A stretch of 63,015 nucleotides of DNA, counting the filler, from Welwitschia mirabilis (Eukaryota), in assembly GCA_051453625.1 (NCBI GenBank). It is 6 parts of one record of this genome, joined end to end, with 100 filler letters (N's around TTAATTAATTAA, not from the genome) between each part and the next. Parts side by side here need not be neighbours in the genome. Positions count along the whole stretch, not along the records: positions 1 to 23,393 come from JBOZIK010000001.1; 5 more parts are not named here. One strand, written 5' to 3'. Both the position numbers and the translations under genes were made by a program. Positions 1 to 14,200 of this stretch are shown here, one piece after another. The number at the start of each line of letters is the position of its first letter. Position 1 is the stretch's first letter. The notes below the pieces were generated by a model. It was not told where the DNA came from, searched no databases, and saw only the letters and a program-made list of their open reading frames with translations.

Positions 1-2224
1 TAAAAACTGAAAAATAAAGATGGAGGTTACACCACTCCACCCTTCTTAACTAAGCTCGGCCCCAGTGGTACGCTCTATGTCAATGTACCTCTCTGAATCC
101 CAGAATTATAGCAATTTCATGAGAAGGACACGGTTTTGCTCATATCTCAGCGCATATTCATTCATGGAAAAAAAGGGATAGGATAAAAAAAACATATAGA
201 GAGAACACGCGAGGAGGTGAATAACCCATAAACGCTTAGATAGAATGCATATTGGAAAAGAAATGATAAGAAATACATCATCGGCAATGGCAGATACCAG
301 AGAACGACATAGCACAGGAGGATCAAAATTTTGAACAGAACATAGGGCATCATCGACAAAAGGCGAATAAGGATCATAGACGCAGTGAAGAGGTGTAGGG
401 CATCATAGATAGATATTGGCAAATAATGGGAAGGAGTCATTCATAGGATCCAGAGATTAATAGACATAGGAGAAAGACGCCAAAGGCAACATTCACATAG
501 AGAACAATATAAATGCCAAAAGAAACGGTAAGCGCATGCAGGCAGTGACAGAGATGATGATCTGAAGATGCAGAGAGCAGCACAGCATGAAAAAGAAGGA
601 GCGACAACACCAAAGTGAAATGCCCAGTGGACACAAAAGATGCAGAGCCCAAGCACATAAAAAAAAAAAGCCGAAGGCAGGGAAGCATAAGACACCAGTA
701 ATTTTCCATTATTAGAATAAATTTTCCTTTGTTTTTCTAAAAGATATCATTGTCATCTTATAATTAACATTCAATTTTTCCATAAAAAAAAAAACATTTA
801 GATAGCTTTTTTTTTTAACTTTTTCTTTGCTTAGGAAAAAAATTACATGGTTCAAAAAAATTCTTTTATAAATTTAAAATTATGATTTTATGTGTTAGAA
901 CAACATTTTATTTTTTATTTTTATTTTTATTTAGATTTCCAAAAATCTTGCTTTTTAGTTCATAACATTTTAAATTAGTTTCTAGAAAAAAAGTTCTTTT
1001 ATTATAAGTATTAGCCTTATTTTTAATTTTATTTTTAATATTAGATGAAAATCTAAATAATTAACTTATACCCATGTGAAACTTTTTTTTTAAATCATAG
1101 GAGAATTTAAACCTCATTCCCTCATCGATAGGATTTAAGGACACTTTATCCCTAGACTTACATCTTAACGTAATGAATAACAAAACATTGTTAGACAAAA
1201 TTATGATCAATCAAAATAAATTTGACATTGTAAAAAAATTTCATAACATATTCCATTTGAATCAAATTTGGGCAATCTTCTGGGCTCAGCTATGATAAAT
1301 AAAAAGAGAAGAATTTTCCTGTGTACTTTGAGACGATATTCTATTTGTCATCTGGTGAAGGAGTAGCCCAAGTATAGCCCTTAAAGCTTTAGGAAAAGGA
1401 TGCAAAAGAAGTGGAAGATGTATTTGATCTTCTCCTATATTTTATACCCATTCATACATATATCCTCTTTTTCCTATAAGTGGAAGAAATGAGAGAATCC
1501 ACTTTGGAAAATATTTCCCTATTAATGATGCATTGCAGTTGCTATTTTATTATTGTCGTTATTAAAGTCATGTAGGGTATAATAGAGGGGTCCTTTGTGT
1601 GAAGCACTATACACCCTTCATTTTTTTTTTCTTACCTCTTTACTCCATACTCACTCTATTTATTGAATGGTTCCAAATCAAAGTCCACTAATGGGAGTTT
1701 TATCATGTGTTGGGTTAGGAAGTGTATATTTCATAACATAATCATTTTGACTCCTATGATGGCAAGACTTTCTTTCTTTGCTTCTTTAGATGATTGAGTA
1801 TCTTACTTCTACATCTCTATATATAAAATACACAATCCATCAAGCCATGAAAAATGCATGAGTACTGGACTATCTTCATATAGATGATGGAGAAGTTCTT
1901 TAATCATATAGGCAGAATCATCCACAACCATAGTCTTATGTAGCAATGTCATTTATAATATATGATGGCATAGGAAAAAAGCAGTTCTTAATTTATACTT
2001 TTTAAATTTATTTGTGTTATTTACAAATATTTTGCAAGATTGGAAATGAGTGCATTCCATGTATTATATCAATGTAAACTTTAAAACACTCCCCATACAC
2101 ATATGCATGATGATGATGTAATATTAGTTGTACATGTGCTCAAGGTAAATCTTTAAAGATAATAATAGAAGCTATTGCCTTATACCCATTGGTAAGAAAT
2201 ATATAGTATTTATATATATATACC

Positions 2225-5200
2225 TATCAATAAAGAAATAAAAGGCATGTCCTTGGATTCTATCAATTATTTATTCAAGAAATGATAAAGGGTAATAATT
2301 TTTTATTACTTTATTTAGCTTTCTAAAATCAATACACATTTTCCACTTCCCTCATTTCTTAGGTACTACCATCAAAGAGTCAATTCACTCACTATCAGAT
2401 ATGGCATAAATAATTTAGCATTCATTAATTTAATGATTTTATATTTTATGATTTATTCAAGGACTAAATTTAAACTATGTTGGGTTGTCTAATAAGTTTT
2501 GCATTATCTTCAAGGTAAATTTTATGTCGAATAATGGAAGTAGGAATGGTTGTTAAATCTTTGTAGGTCTAAGTAAATGCATTAATCTTATAATTAAAAA
2601 GTGAGATTAAAATTAATTTTTTTTAAGGGTAAAGATTCTCATTTATTTTCAATGGTTTATTCTAATCATTACATAAAAAGATATATTTCAATCCACTAGG
2701 TAAAGATTTCAGATTTAAATTTAGATTTTTGGTTTTTTTTGTTGTTCCCCCTCAGAGTTGACTATCATCTTTGACCATTGTCTAGATGAGAGAAGTGGAT
2801 GACCTCCTTTAAAATATGGAATCTTAGTTAATTTCAGATGTTGAACTTCTTCATAGATTATAGTTTTAGTTTCTTCACTCTCCTAATCAAAATAATCTAT
2901 TCCTAAATACCCATAGTTGACTTTATCATCATCAAATGCTTTCAAGTTTTTTACTTCAAGTGGATTATTATACAAGGTAAGCTCATGAAGCATTAACCAT
3001 CTCTCTTTAAGTGGACAATGTTATAAAAATAATTTTGGCTTAATTTCTTTTTCAACATTCCATTCATCACCTAGGTCTTTTTACTAGCATCAAAAACTCT
3101 AATGGTAAACTTTTCATTTTTGATGTAACACTTTATCATTCTAATTCTTGTATCAATTATACAATTAGCTATTGCACAAAATGCTCTACCTAGAAATAGT
3201 GGATAATCTTCATTATGCTTAACTCCAATCATAATTACATATATTAGGTAGAATACTTCCTCAATTTAAATCACCAAATCTTCTATTATTTCTAAAGGGT
3301 CCTTCACTAATGTATCTACCAATTTTAATATAATACATATAGGCTCAAATCTATTTTCCAAACCATGTTTTAAATAAATGTGTAAAGGTATAATGTTAAT
3401 ACTTAATCCTATATTTATTTAATGCTTTCTATATTCTTTTATTTTCTTTTAAAGTGATACTAACTATTGCTACCTCAGGATCCTTAAATTTTGGACACTA
3501 GTACAAAACTAAGTTGATTATAGATTGAGATAGAAATCCTTTATTAGGTATGGTTCATTTTTATTTCCTTTTAATTATGTCTTTTCACAATTTAGAAAAT
3601 TTATAATTTTCTTGCAAGATTTTTCACATTGGTAAATTTATGCTCACATATTGCATTAAGGATTTAAGATGATTATTAAAGGTAGTATTGGTATTTAATC
3701 TATCAAACCAATGGGTAGTAGGTTTCATTTCTTTATCTTATGAATAATTTTCCTTATTAAGCTTATTACTTAAAGGAGAAGGGAAGTTATGAATTTCTAA
3801 AATTTCAATATCCTTTTCTTCTTTATCATATTTCTTATCATTTTTATAAATTGAAGCTTTATCACTAGGAGGTATTGTTTCATTTTCAATTCTTGTCACA
3901 ATATTACAATCTTTTCTTACTTTATTAAGGCTTGGTAAAGGTTATATTACAAGTGATCCTTGTGGTTTCTAATTTTCAAGCATAGTTTATTAATAACATT
4001 CACTAGATTTTCAATGTTTGAGTTTGTTTTCTCTCAAGATTTTCTTAATTCATGAATGGAAATCCTAAGTGGATCATTTTGATTTTGAAAATTTGATGTA
4101 CTTTCTTAATAATTTAAGCTACCTAATAGGAAGTTTGAGTTATTTAATTGAATCTAGTATTCTGAAATATATTTCTAAATAGTTGAAAATTTTGGATGAT
4201 TTATTTGAAAGTTCTTTAATTCATTCTCAAAAGTTTGCAAGAGGTAGATTTTTTATTCATTCTAGGTTGAAACTGATTTTGATTTTGGTTTTTATTTTTA
4301 AAGTTTTAAGACTTTTGATTAAAATCACATACTTATTCATAAATTTTCTATATGTAAGTTGGCAATAAAGGACATTCTTTAGTAATGTGATAGTTGTCTT
4401 CACACAAATCACAAGTTGGAACCACATTCTTTTTAGTTGTCACTTTTATATCTAAAATCATTTGGGTGTATTTTTTTAATGTTATTGTAAAATCCTTAAT
4501 TACATTTATTGGTTCTTTTTTTGTTTTAACTTTCTCCTTTTCTTGTTTATTGTTTTAATATCTTTTATGATTTGACCTATAATATGATTTTCATTAGGTA
4601 TTGGTTTAGGCGATGTTTAACTTACTTCCACTAGTACTTCCAATGACCTCCATGCATTTTCTAATGTGAGATCATTAATTTTTTACCACATAAAAATTTA
4701 AAATTTATTTACTTTGGCTATTAAGTCCATCATATATTAGTCTATTAATTCTTCTTGAGTAAATGCAACAATGGGATTAGAATAAATTGCAATGCAAAGT
4801 TTCTCATATGTAGTGGCATAGTCTTTATTAGGTTGTTGTTAGAAATTTTTTACCTCTTTCTTTTTTTTCTTATTATTGTTTCACTTATGAATCATTTTAT
4901 GAAGGCTTATTAAACTTGGTTCTCTATTTTTAAGATTTTATGAGAAATAGTTCTTAGCCATAATTTTGATTTTCCTTTTAATGTGATGAGAAAGATAACC
5001 ATATAGGTATGATTACTAATTTATTTTTACCATTTCTTGAAGTAAGCACTAATTATTAGATGTCTACTATATGTTGAATTGGATCTTCATTATTTTCTTT
5101 ATTAAAAATAGGATATGCATTTAGATTTTTTTTGCTTAACATCATCACTAGGAGGTAGGTCAAAAGGATTTTGGATTTCATGCTTTTTATTTATAATTAA

Positions 5201-5539
5201 TTCTTTAAGAGTGACATTAGCATTTAGATTTACAAGGATAGTAGAGATTTTTATTATGATAGGAGGATTAGGTAAAGCTACTTGTTTTTTTTCCACATAG
5301 AATTCAACATTGCAATAAAACTATTTTCTCTTAAACTTTATTTTGAAAAATTTTGTTTGGAAAAATTAGATTTAGAATAATAAATGAAAAAAATGTTCTT
5401 GCTCAGTTATTAGAATATTTTACATACCTAGGTTGTGTGTATATGGGTTTAGTTCATATTCAATCAAATTTTCTTGAATGTCTTCTTTGGTCAGTAGCCT
5501 CTTTCTCTAGTATTTTATCTTTTTACTTGTCCAAGCATG
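2225..5539 (-). pseudogene. Degenerate gag-pol (Gag, aspartic protease, RT N-terminal part) of Athila-like copy A
   Basis: Motifs read on the minus strand across many stops and frameshifts. Includes the pre-RT linker LNLKSLPSGLKYIFL (~2680-2725). Collinear with 11560-14200 (+). Confidence 0.8.
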
Positions 5540-5964
5540 CTTAGTTCTATTTCTATAAAAATTATCTTGGTGATCATCTAAATGATGTACCTAGATGACA
5601 AAAGATACAAAAAGCCCAAAAAAATATTTAAAAAAATCATGAAATAATATAAAAAGAAAACTGACAGTCATCCACTAAGTTGTTGGAGGATAGAAGGGAT
5701 AGTAAAAAAAACCCTAGCTTTTATAAAAATGAAAAACCCTAGTTTCATGGGTTGCTATCACCCCATATTACCTAAATGATAAGAGAGGTGATAATTCCTT
5801 ATTTTCAAAATGTAAATTCCAAAATGTAGAAAGAAAAATCTATAGTTATACTATAAAGCTATAATGCTATGCAAATAAGTACCTAAACTAAAATTTACAA
5901 CTACTTATCTGAGTAACGATAATCCTCAAACTCTAAGTAGCATTTCTCAATAATGATTCCAAGA

Positions 5965-7183
5965 CATTGCAGTGCATATTTATGCAAACATTACATTCTT
6001 AAACAAATCCTAAAAATTACCTAAATATATATTACATAATATAACATTCTAATATAAATTGGAGTGGACTCGAATTCATAATGTTGTCAAAGGCACAGGC
6101 CAAAAGAAAGAGATTTTATTTAAATAAAATACTTATGCACTTTCTAAGTAAAATAAAATAATAATGCTGAGTAAAAAATGCAAATGAGATGCAACATATA
6201 TTTTAAATGCAACATATATTTTATTACAAAGTCAACCTATTATGGAAATCATCCCTGTATAACCTAGATAAATCAAAAAACACTGTTACCATACCAGAAC
6301 CAATCTAAGCTATTAGGTGCATTGAATAGAATATGAAAATAATGCAAAGTTAATCTATAAAATGAAATGTAATGCACCTAAACTAACGATATTAACTTTA
6401 ATAAAAGTTTCCCTCATAATCTATATCATAGATGAAATCATAAGCAACATAAACCATAAGGGGGATACACATAATAAAAGATGTAAAATGAAAAATAGAG
6501 TTTTAATTAATTTGAATCAACATCTTTATTACAAAGTAGTAGCATCTCAATGAAGGTCACATAGCCTAATACTAAGAAAGATGTATCTCTATAATAATAA
6601 AGGATGAATATTCTACTCTTAGATCTCTTATCATAAGGATATCTAGTGTAAAAGAAGATTAAATTATAGTTGAGGATGAAAGAGGTATTTATTACAAATA
6701 AAGACTAAAAATAGTAAATATTAATAGATGCAATAAAACCCTAATAGTCATGCAAGAAGACGCAATACACATGGTGAAAGTTTTATGTAGTTTGTTGAAG
6801 CACTATATTTAGGCATCATCTTACTGGTTTTCTGGACATCATAGGAGATGATATGATGCACTGTCCATATCAGCTATCAAATTAGTCTAGTAAACATCCT
6901 AGTCAGCATAAGCTTTTTTATTATCTGTACTATCATTCAAATGATAATGTGGATGATGAGCTTTCTAAAGATGTTTTATGTATTAGATCAACCTCTTTAA
7001 TTATTACTACATAGGAACTATCGCAATTTGCCTTAAGTTTTATTAAATGTAATAAATATTACATGTTTTCATGATATTTACCTTAGCTTTTCATTATCAT
7101 TGAAACTCAGTGTAAACCTAGCTAATGTCCTACAAAACTATTAAAAATACCTTATAAAATACATATAATTTAGTAGTGCAACA
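5965..7183 (-). repeat. 5' LTR of Athila-like copy A
   Basis: Both termini match the family LTR termini. The inner end is followed by TCT plus a PBS-like sequence and the same leader (gctacttagagtttgag) as at 35900. Confidence 0.8.
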
Positions 7184-9400
7184 AAACCTTATACAAAAAA
7201 TATATCCTTTACCTTGAATAGATTATCTCCTCTAATGGTTCTAATACCTTTGATTAGTACTTATGTGTTATCTCTAAAGGTTACCAATTTTGTATCTTGC
7301 TCCACTAAAGTGATGAAGCTAAATTTGTTTCTAGTTATGTGCCTTAGGAATTCACTATTAATACATCAAGCATGCTTCTTCACTATTCTAACTAATATTT
7401 GAGCTAAAAGTATTGATTTTGATTTTGGTATACATATTTTTTCTTAGTTTGCCTTGCATAATACATTGGATCATTCCACTAGGCCTCTTGGCATTGTTAG
7501 TATAATATCTATTTTCAAACTTCATTAGGCATATATATTAATAATAACATTTATTATGACAATAATAATAAATAATATTACTTGTATAAATTGTTATAGC
7601 TTAGCTTATAATTCGATTTGTTAAATAAAATCTAAAGTGATAGTTGTGGATTGATTGTATCCTAAGCCACTCTTATCATTTGAACTTCTACATTATCGAA
7701 GCATAATATTCAATGTCTTCTTTTCTTTAAAAAAATTTTCATTGACTTTATTTGAATTTGATAGTTTTTTCTTACATGAAATCACATGTTAGTTTACTAA
7801 CTTCAACTTTAGGATCTGAGTTTTTAGAAGATAATCTATGGTAAACATTATTGTCTTATTCATAAGCTTTTTTATGAGTGTGAAGTAATTTTTTGATCTT
7901 AATATATACCTTTTATAGTTTAACAAATCCTTTAAAAATTAGATCATACCTTTAAGATCCATACCTATATCATCTATACTTTCTAAATCATACTCTTCTT
8001 TCATCTCATCATCTTTTTCTTTTTGAAAATGTACAATTGCCATGAAATAAGGATACATCTATTATAATTTCTATAGGTTCTGTGTATTCTTCTTCTTTAT
8101 TTTACCAAACTTAAAACTCATAAGACTATAAGAACATCCATATCCTCCTCTTCCAATGAGTGTATTCTTACTTGGAACATCTCATAAGAATACATGAGTG
8201 ATTGACACCTCTTTTATTATTCACTCAGGGAAGTTGCTACTTTTCATAAGTACCCACTGTGATATCACTTGAGCATCATTGAATTCAGAGGGGAGGGGTG
8301 AATGAGTTATATAAAATAAAACTTTTAACCAATAATAGAATGAAAAAGCATAACAATAAATACCATATCAAGATAATGTGGTTTTCCGACCTGGGTATAT
8401 CCACATAGAGAGGATAGCTTTCTCTCACATCTCTAGATATTCCTAAATTGGGATAAAATAGTGGTTTTTTCATACACCATCAATCTTACAATAATGAGAG
8501 TCTCCTCATGAGGTAGTACTCTCTTTTTTCTAAGGAAATAGTGGCATTAATTCATCACTAATCTTATAATAATGGGAGTTGCCTGATAAGGAAGCATTCT
8601 ATTCCTATCAAGGAAATAGTGGTTTTCTAGTGCACCACAAGTCTTCAACAAAGTAAGTGCTCACAAGTATAATCTCAAATGCATACTCATATAATGGTTG
8701 CTTTAAAATTAGTTTGAGTATACAAAAATGGACTTATAAAAATTCCCAAGAATAAGATAGTCTAAAAATGTAAGATCCACAAATGCAATAAGCTTGAAAA
8801 ATATAACTTTAAAAAAAAAGTTAAGTTTCTTATTATTGTTATCATAATGAGTGCAAAAAAATAATGTGGTGATATAGGATCCTAGAGTAAAAGATGTAAG
8901 TACTAAAAGCTCCTCTACAATTGATCCTTTATGAGACATTCCAATCACTCATGTATTCTTCATTCTATACAAGATGGATTTATTGTGTATTAAAGAAGTA
9001 TGAAAATTGAAGTAACAATAGTTATAATTTTTTCCATGATGTCAAGCCTTTATATCATTGAATAAAAACTAGTTGTTTTACCTCAAATAGTAGTTATTTA
9101 GACTTTGTAACCATCCTACAATTGACAAGCAATGTCTAGGCATCAGGAATAAATCTTTATTTGTAATCAATATGAACTTTTGTTAAATATGTCTTCAATT
9201 TTTTTCAATATCTACTAGTAATTAGACATATTCACCTAGTAGATGTCTTTAGTGAACTTTCCTAGAAATTGATGAAAATTGATCTATATAATTCTTGAGC
9301 CTCTGCGATTATGAATTTATGATGTGAAAGTTGATGGTCAATTTGAAATGTAAAATATTCAACAAAGTATAAAATGACTTTATTAATTATTTCAATTTAA
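7184..9400 (-). mobile_element. Sirevirus-like Ty1/copia remnant SIRE-0 (distinct LTR family): LTR, PBS-Met, Gag C-terminal part, protease interrupted by Athila copy A
   Basis: U5 motif ATTCACCCCTCCCCTCT at ~8287-8303 (-). Degenerate PBS TGATATCACAGT at 8256-8267. Protein motifs YFMAIV (8041), LNIML..RSSNDKSGLGY (~7655-7720) and protease INSEFLRHIT...VTFRDN (~7200-7370). The outer LTR boundary is uncertain. Confidence 0.7.
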
Positions 9401-9998
9401 AATAGACATTTTCAAATATGTAGACATATTTTATTAGTATTAGATCCAACTTTTACAATAGTTTTTTTTAATGAGATAGTTACCTTTAACTTGTGACTTG
9501 AAAGTTAGTACATCAGAAATGCCTTTAAGCTATAAATGTCTCAATTAGAAATATATTCAATTGTCGAGATGTCTTCACCATATAAATCTTCCATTTTTTA
9601 GATGTATTCAAACAATTAAGTTTTCATTCTAATAACTAATGCTTTTAATGAGATATTATCTTTATAGTTTTGACATCAACTAATGTTATCATGATCTGAT
9701 TTTCCTTATAATGGTCTATCTACATAATGATAAAAAATATTTGGCAAGTGGAATCATCAAAAATAGATTTACTAAAACTTAAGACTCTAAGTTTTTTTAA
9801 GAGAAAGCTCTAAATTTCAAAGTTGAAAAGATCTAATAATAGAAGATTTTTTAAGAACATGCAAATAAAAAGAGAAGAAAGTCTTATGTATGATAAGTAG
9901 ATGTAGGGAATATAAAGAGATACTATCTTGAAGAGGTTATGAAGAGATACTATCTTAAAAAAGAAGATGGTTATGATTCCATAAGTCTAATTATTACT

Positions 9999-11080
9999 TA
10001 TTACACCACCAATTTATGATTATTTAATGAGGTTTTATGAGATGTTTTGCAAGACAATTGCACAGGTTTGAATGTAATTCTAAGGATTTTATAGAACTAA
10101 TAAAAGATCTTAGAAATGTGCAATTCTTAACAAGATTTATGGCATTTATGATAAATTCTAATACTCATGGATGAGAAAGAAGATTTCTAATGAAAAAGGC
10201 TAGCTTCTGCTGAATTAGATGATAATGAAGACTGTCATCACCTCCATTATCCCCATGACTAATAGGATGACAACATCATTAGAGGCTAACATTGACTACT
10301 AAGTCATCTGTTAAGTTATCTATTGAGTAATTTTTTATAAGGAGCTATCATTCCCATCATTATTAGATTATTGATAGGATGACACTAATAGTATAACTGA
10401 CTTTAACAGTCGACCCTTGACCGTTTCGTCCATTTCTTATCTATAAAAGAGTTCATATTGTAGCATCTTATGTTTGTTATTTTCTAGTCTATAACCCTAT
10501 AAATAAGTCCCCTTTTGACTATCCTATCTATATTTATTACACTACAAATTCTCATAACAGGAGATCAAAGGATGAAAGATCCATCTCAAGAGCTGCAGAA
10601 AGATGTTCCCTTGGTGGAGGGATATGCATCTTTCATAGAGGCTTGGCTATTTTATAACCTATCTGTTTGGTTCCTTCTTAATATAAAACTCTATTTTTTT
10701 TAATGCATTTATATTTGTCAAATGTCCCTTATGGTTTATGTTGCCATTGATCTGGTAACAATTTCATTGGTGATATAGATCTTACGGGTAGCCTTTATTA
10801 AGAATGAAAGGAAGCAGTTTATATTTATTTTTCATATTTAGCTACTTGCATTTTTCATTTGAATTGCATTTTTTATTTTCTAAATTGTTATTCATGTTTT
10901 AGTTAGTACATTCTTTTGGAAAATTAATTCTTATTCTCCTCTCATAAGTCTTCAATGAAATATGATATTCAGGTTTACTCCCAAATATACTAGTTTATTG
11001 TATTATGTAAAGATATCTATTTTATTTATAAATGAAAAAATCCTTTTTAATATAAACACTTTCATAAATACATATAAAAA
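9999..11080 (+). repeat. 5' LTR of Athila-like copy B
   Basis: Aligns along its length with 16329-17416 and is visibly diverged, mostly by transitions. TATA-like CTATAAAAG at ~10441. Confidence 0.9.
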
Positions 11081-11559
11081 AAAATTGGTACAGTTGCTAG
11101 GAAAGGCTGCTAAGGAGCACAAGTATTGTCATCATTCAAGTGAGTACATCAAATTTTCATTTGATTATTTATTCATAGCGATGTTGTATTTTAATTAGAA
11201 ATCATATGTTTCCTATTTGCTGTATTTTAGTTTTGGTTTCAAAAGATAAATAACCATCATTCACCTTATCATCTCCATGATAGTCCAGATGATAGTTTGT
11301 GACTTTAGTTCTCGTTTTTTATTTTTGTTTTTGGATTTTGAATTTTTATGATGAACTTTATCATCTCCTTTGTTATTTGGATAACCAAGAGGATAATAGG
11401 CTATGCTTTTTTAGTTTTTGTCTTTTTGCTCTATTAAGTTTTTGTTTTCTTCTCTCTGTGTTTATCTTCTCTTCTATCATCCCCATGATAGTTAGAATGA
11501 TAATCTATTATTTTTATCTTATTTTCTTTTGTTTTATGTTTGTAAGATGTTGTACTATG

Positions 11560-14200
11560 ATTAACCTATAAAATAGATATTAAAAAGAAAGGTTGTTGAT
11601 AGAAAATAACATTAAAGAAGAATTGGAAAACTTAGAAATCGAATTGGAAAAGTAATCTTCAGATGCATAAAATCCTCCTTCTAAATTTATTTTTTTTGAA
11701 TTAAACATCATTAAAGAAAATATTGTAGAAAGAGAAAACTAGTGTACAAGATCAAGTGTCACCCAAAAATAAAAACAATTTCTAGGATTTTCAACTTCTA
11801 GTTCTAATAAAAACCTTACCCCAAGGGAATTACTAGCTAATAAGAAATAAGAGATTCAAACCCCTTTTGATCTATTCCTAAGAGATGATGTTGAGCTAAA
11901 GAATGTAAATGCCTATCCAAACTTTAGTGAAGAAGATGATAAGAATCCCCTTCATTATATTGCAGATATAGAACAATTAATTCTTACCTGAAGTTATGAA
12001 AAGAAAAAAATTAGTAATAGATCATACATGATAATATTTTCCATGACATTAAAAGGAAGGGTTAAAAATTAGCTAAAAACTATACCCCACAAAAGTTTAA
12101 AATTTTGAGATCAAGTTCAAGAAACTTTTATTAAAATATTCATAAGTAAAAAAACTATTAGGAAAAGGAAAAAGAAAGTAATAAACTTTCAACAAAAATT
12201 AAATGAGAATTATGACATATGAATGTTTCTTTATAGCAATCCACTCTAATCCAGTAGATGCTTTTTTATGAGAAGGACTAGTTAGCTACTTTTATAATGG
12301 ACTGAATCCACATATAAAAAAAACTTGTAGACTTCTCTTATGGTGGAGATCTTATGATTCTCACATTAGAAAATTCCTAAACAAAATTAGAAGAACTTGT
12401 GGAATTTAGTCAAACTTAATCAACATTAAAAGAAAACTGTACTATAGACCAACTTATCAAATATTTAAAAGAAGTTAATCAAGAAAAAGAGGTAGATTAC
12501 AACCTTACAAATTCAATTCAAAATTTTGAAACAACCTTAGAGAAATATACTAAAATGATTTTAGATGTCAAATTAGCAATCAAGAAAAATGTTGTGCTAA
12601 CTTATGACTTATGTAAGGATAATTACCACATAACTAAAAATTATCCTCTATTATCAAAATACAAAGAGAGAATATGTAAAGAAGTTTAAAATTTTAATTA
12701 AACATCTCAAAACTTTTAAAATGAAAATCAAGAACAACCTAGCTTAAATACTCATTTTCAAAATAATCTTCAACCTTTCAAAAATAATTTTAAAATTTAA
12801 ACTATCAACCAAATTTATTTAACTTTTAACATTTCAATGATCCATTCACAAACTTTTTAGATGAATTCAAGAAATTAGAAGAAATAATAAATGCTAAACT
12901 TAATAACTTAGTAAACATCCTTTAACAAACAATGTTGGCAAATCAAAGAGCATAAGGCTCATTGGTAACACAACCTTTACCAAACTCTAATAAAATAAGA
13001 AAAGAAAGATTGCAATAATAAGTGTATAAGAAACACACCTTCTTTCATGTGAAGTATCAACCTCCCAAAATAAAATTCAAGATGATGAGAAAAAATAGGA
13101 AGACATTGAAATATTAGAATATTATAACTTTCCTTCTCTTAATAAAAGAAAAAAAGAAAAATTCTTTACAAAAACAACCAGCTACTCCTTGGCTTAATAG
13201 GATTAAAAATAATTTAACTTTAAATGAATATCTAAAATTCTTAATGAAAAATATGAGCATAAAATTACCCTTCTTAAAATTTTTACAACAAAATTTAGGG
13301 TACCTAAAACTATGGAAAGACTTAATAAGAAGAAAACAAAAATGAGTTATTTCTAGCAAGATCTTTCTAGCACAATCCCTCATAAATTTAGTGTTACAAG
13401 AATCCTTTAAATTTAAAGATCTAGGGTTGCAATGGTGAATGTTATATTATAGGGAAACAAAAAGATTAGAAGAGCTTTAATTGACATTGAAGCAAGCATT
13501 AACATTATGCCACTTCACATTTGCAAGAGACTTGGTTTAGAGGATAGAATACAGCCTATTGAGATTATCATAGAGTTAGCAGATAGTTTAGTTAATAAAA
13601 TCTTAGGGTTTATCAAAGATTTAGTGATCCAAATTAATGATGCATTCTACTCAATAGATGTAAGTATCATAAAAGTGGGATATAATATAGGATATGTGTT
13701 ACTTCTAAGATAAGCCTTCTGTGTAAAAACTCACTGCATTATTGACACAATAATTAGAATGATGAAGTGTCAGTTTAAAAATAAAAGGTTTATAATTAGA
13801 TTTTTTGATGTAGCTAAAAAAGATTTAGGTGATGATGAAATAAACTTAGGAGATAAAATCAAACCAACTTTATTCATCCAACATCATTCCATTAAAAAAA
13901 GATGTGTGACATTACATGACCCTTTGCTTTATGATGATCCACTTTAGATAAAGAAATTAGAAACCATTGATACATGTAACTTTGGGCATAAATTTTTGGA
14001 TCAGAATGAAAAAAAAATCCTTATATTATAAGTAATTCTAAAAAGAAGAATCACACCTTGAGGGAGATTGTCCACTGCATGCACTAGAAACTAAAAATCA
14101 TAATTTGGATTTGAATAAGAAAAATCTTCTTAATGGACTAGAACTTATTTTTCTATATTATGATAAAAAAAAACATTATAATTAATGAAATATTAATCTC
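11560..14200 (+). pseudogene. Degenerate Gag-aspartic protease of copy B, ending at the pre-RT linker
   Basis: ORF-track fragment 13507-13713 is protease-like. The coding signal ends after NLDLNKKNLLNGLELIFL (~14100-14160). Confidence 0.8.

Larger units (their letters stand above)
2225..7183 (-). mobile_element. Athila-like Ty3/gypsy copy A: 5' LTR, PBS, degenerate gag-protease-RT N-terminus; 3' truncated
   Basis: LTR 5965-7183 starts TGTTGCACTACTAAATT on the minus strand, like the LTRs at 16329 and 39723. Degenerate PBS at 5944-5961. Gag motif QNPFDLPPSDDV; protease region KFKDP...SINIIP at ~3380-3495; RT-like AFT*TYKDL...RHKIYLEDNAK...ISDSE...VVPKK*GKWKMCIDFRKLNK at ~2290-2580. Confidence 0.85.

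Noticed and set aside
1-720. Overlapping hydrophobic minus-strand ORFs as a host membrane-protein gene
   Set aside because: The hydrophobicity follows from purine/pyrimidine strand skew and there is no recognisable domain. It may be a retroelement extra-ORF remnant, but this is unsupported.
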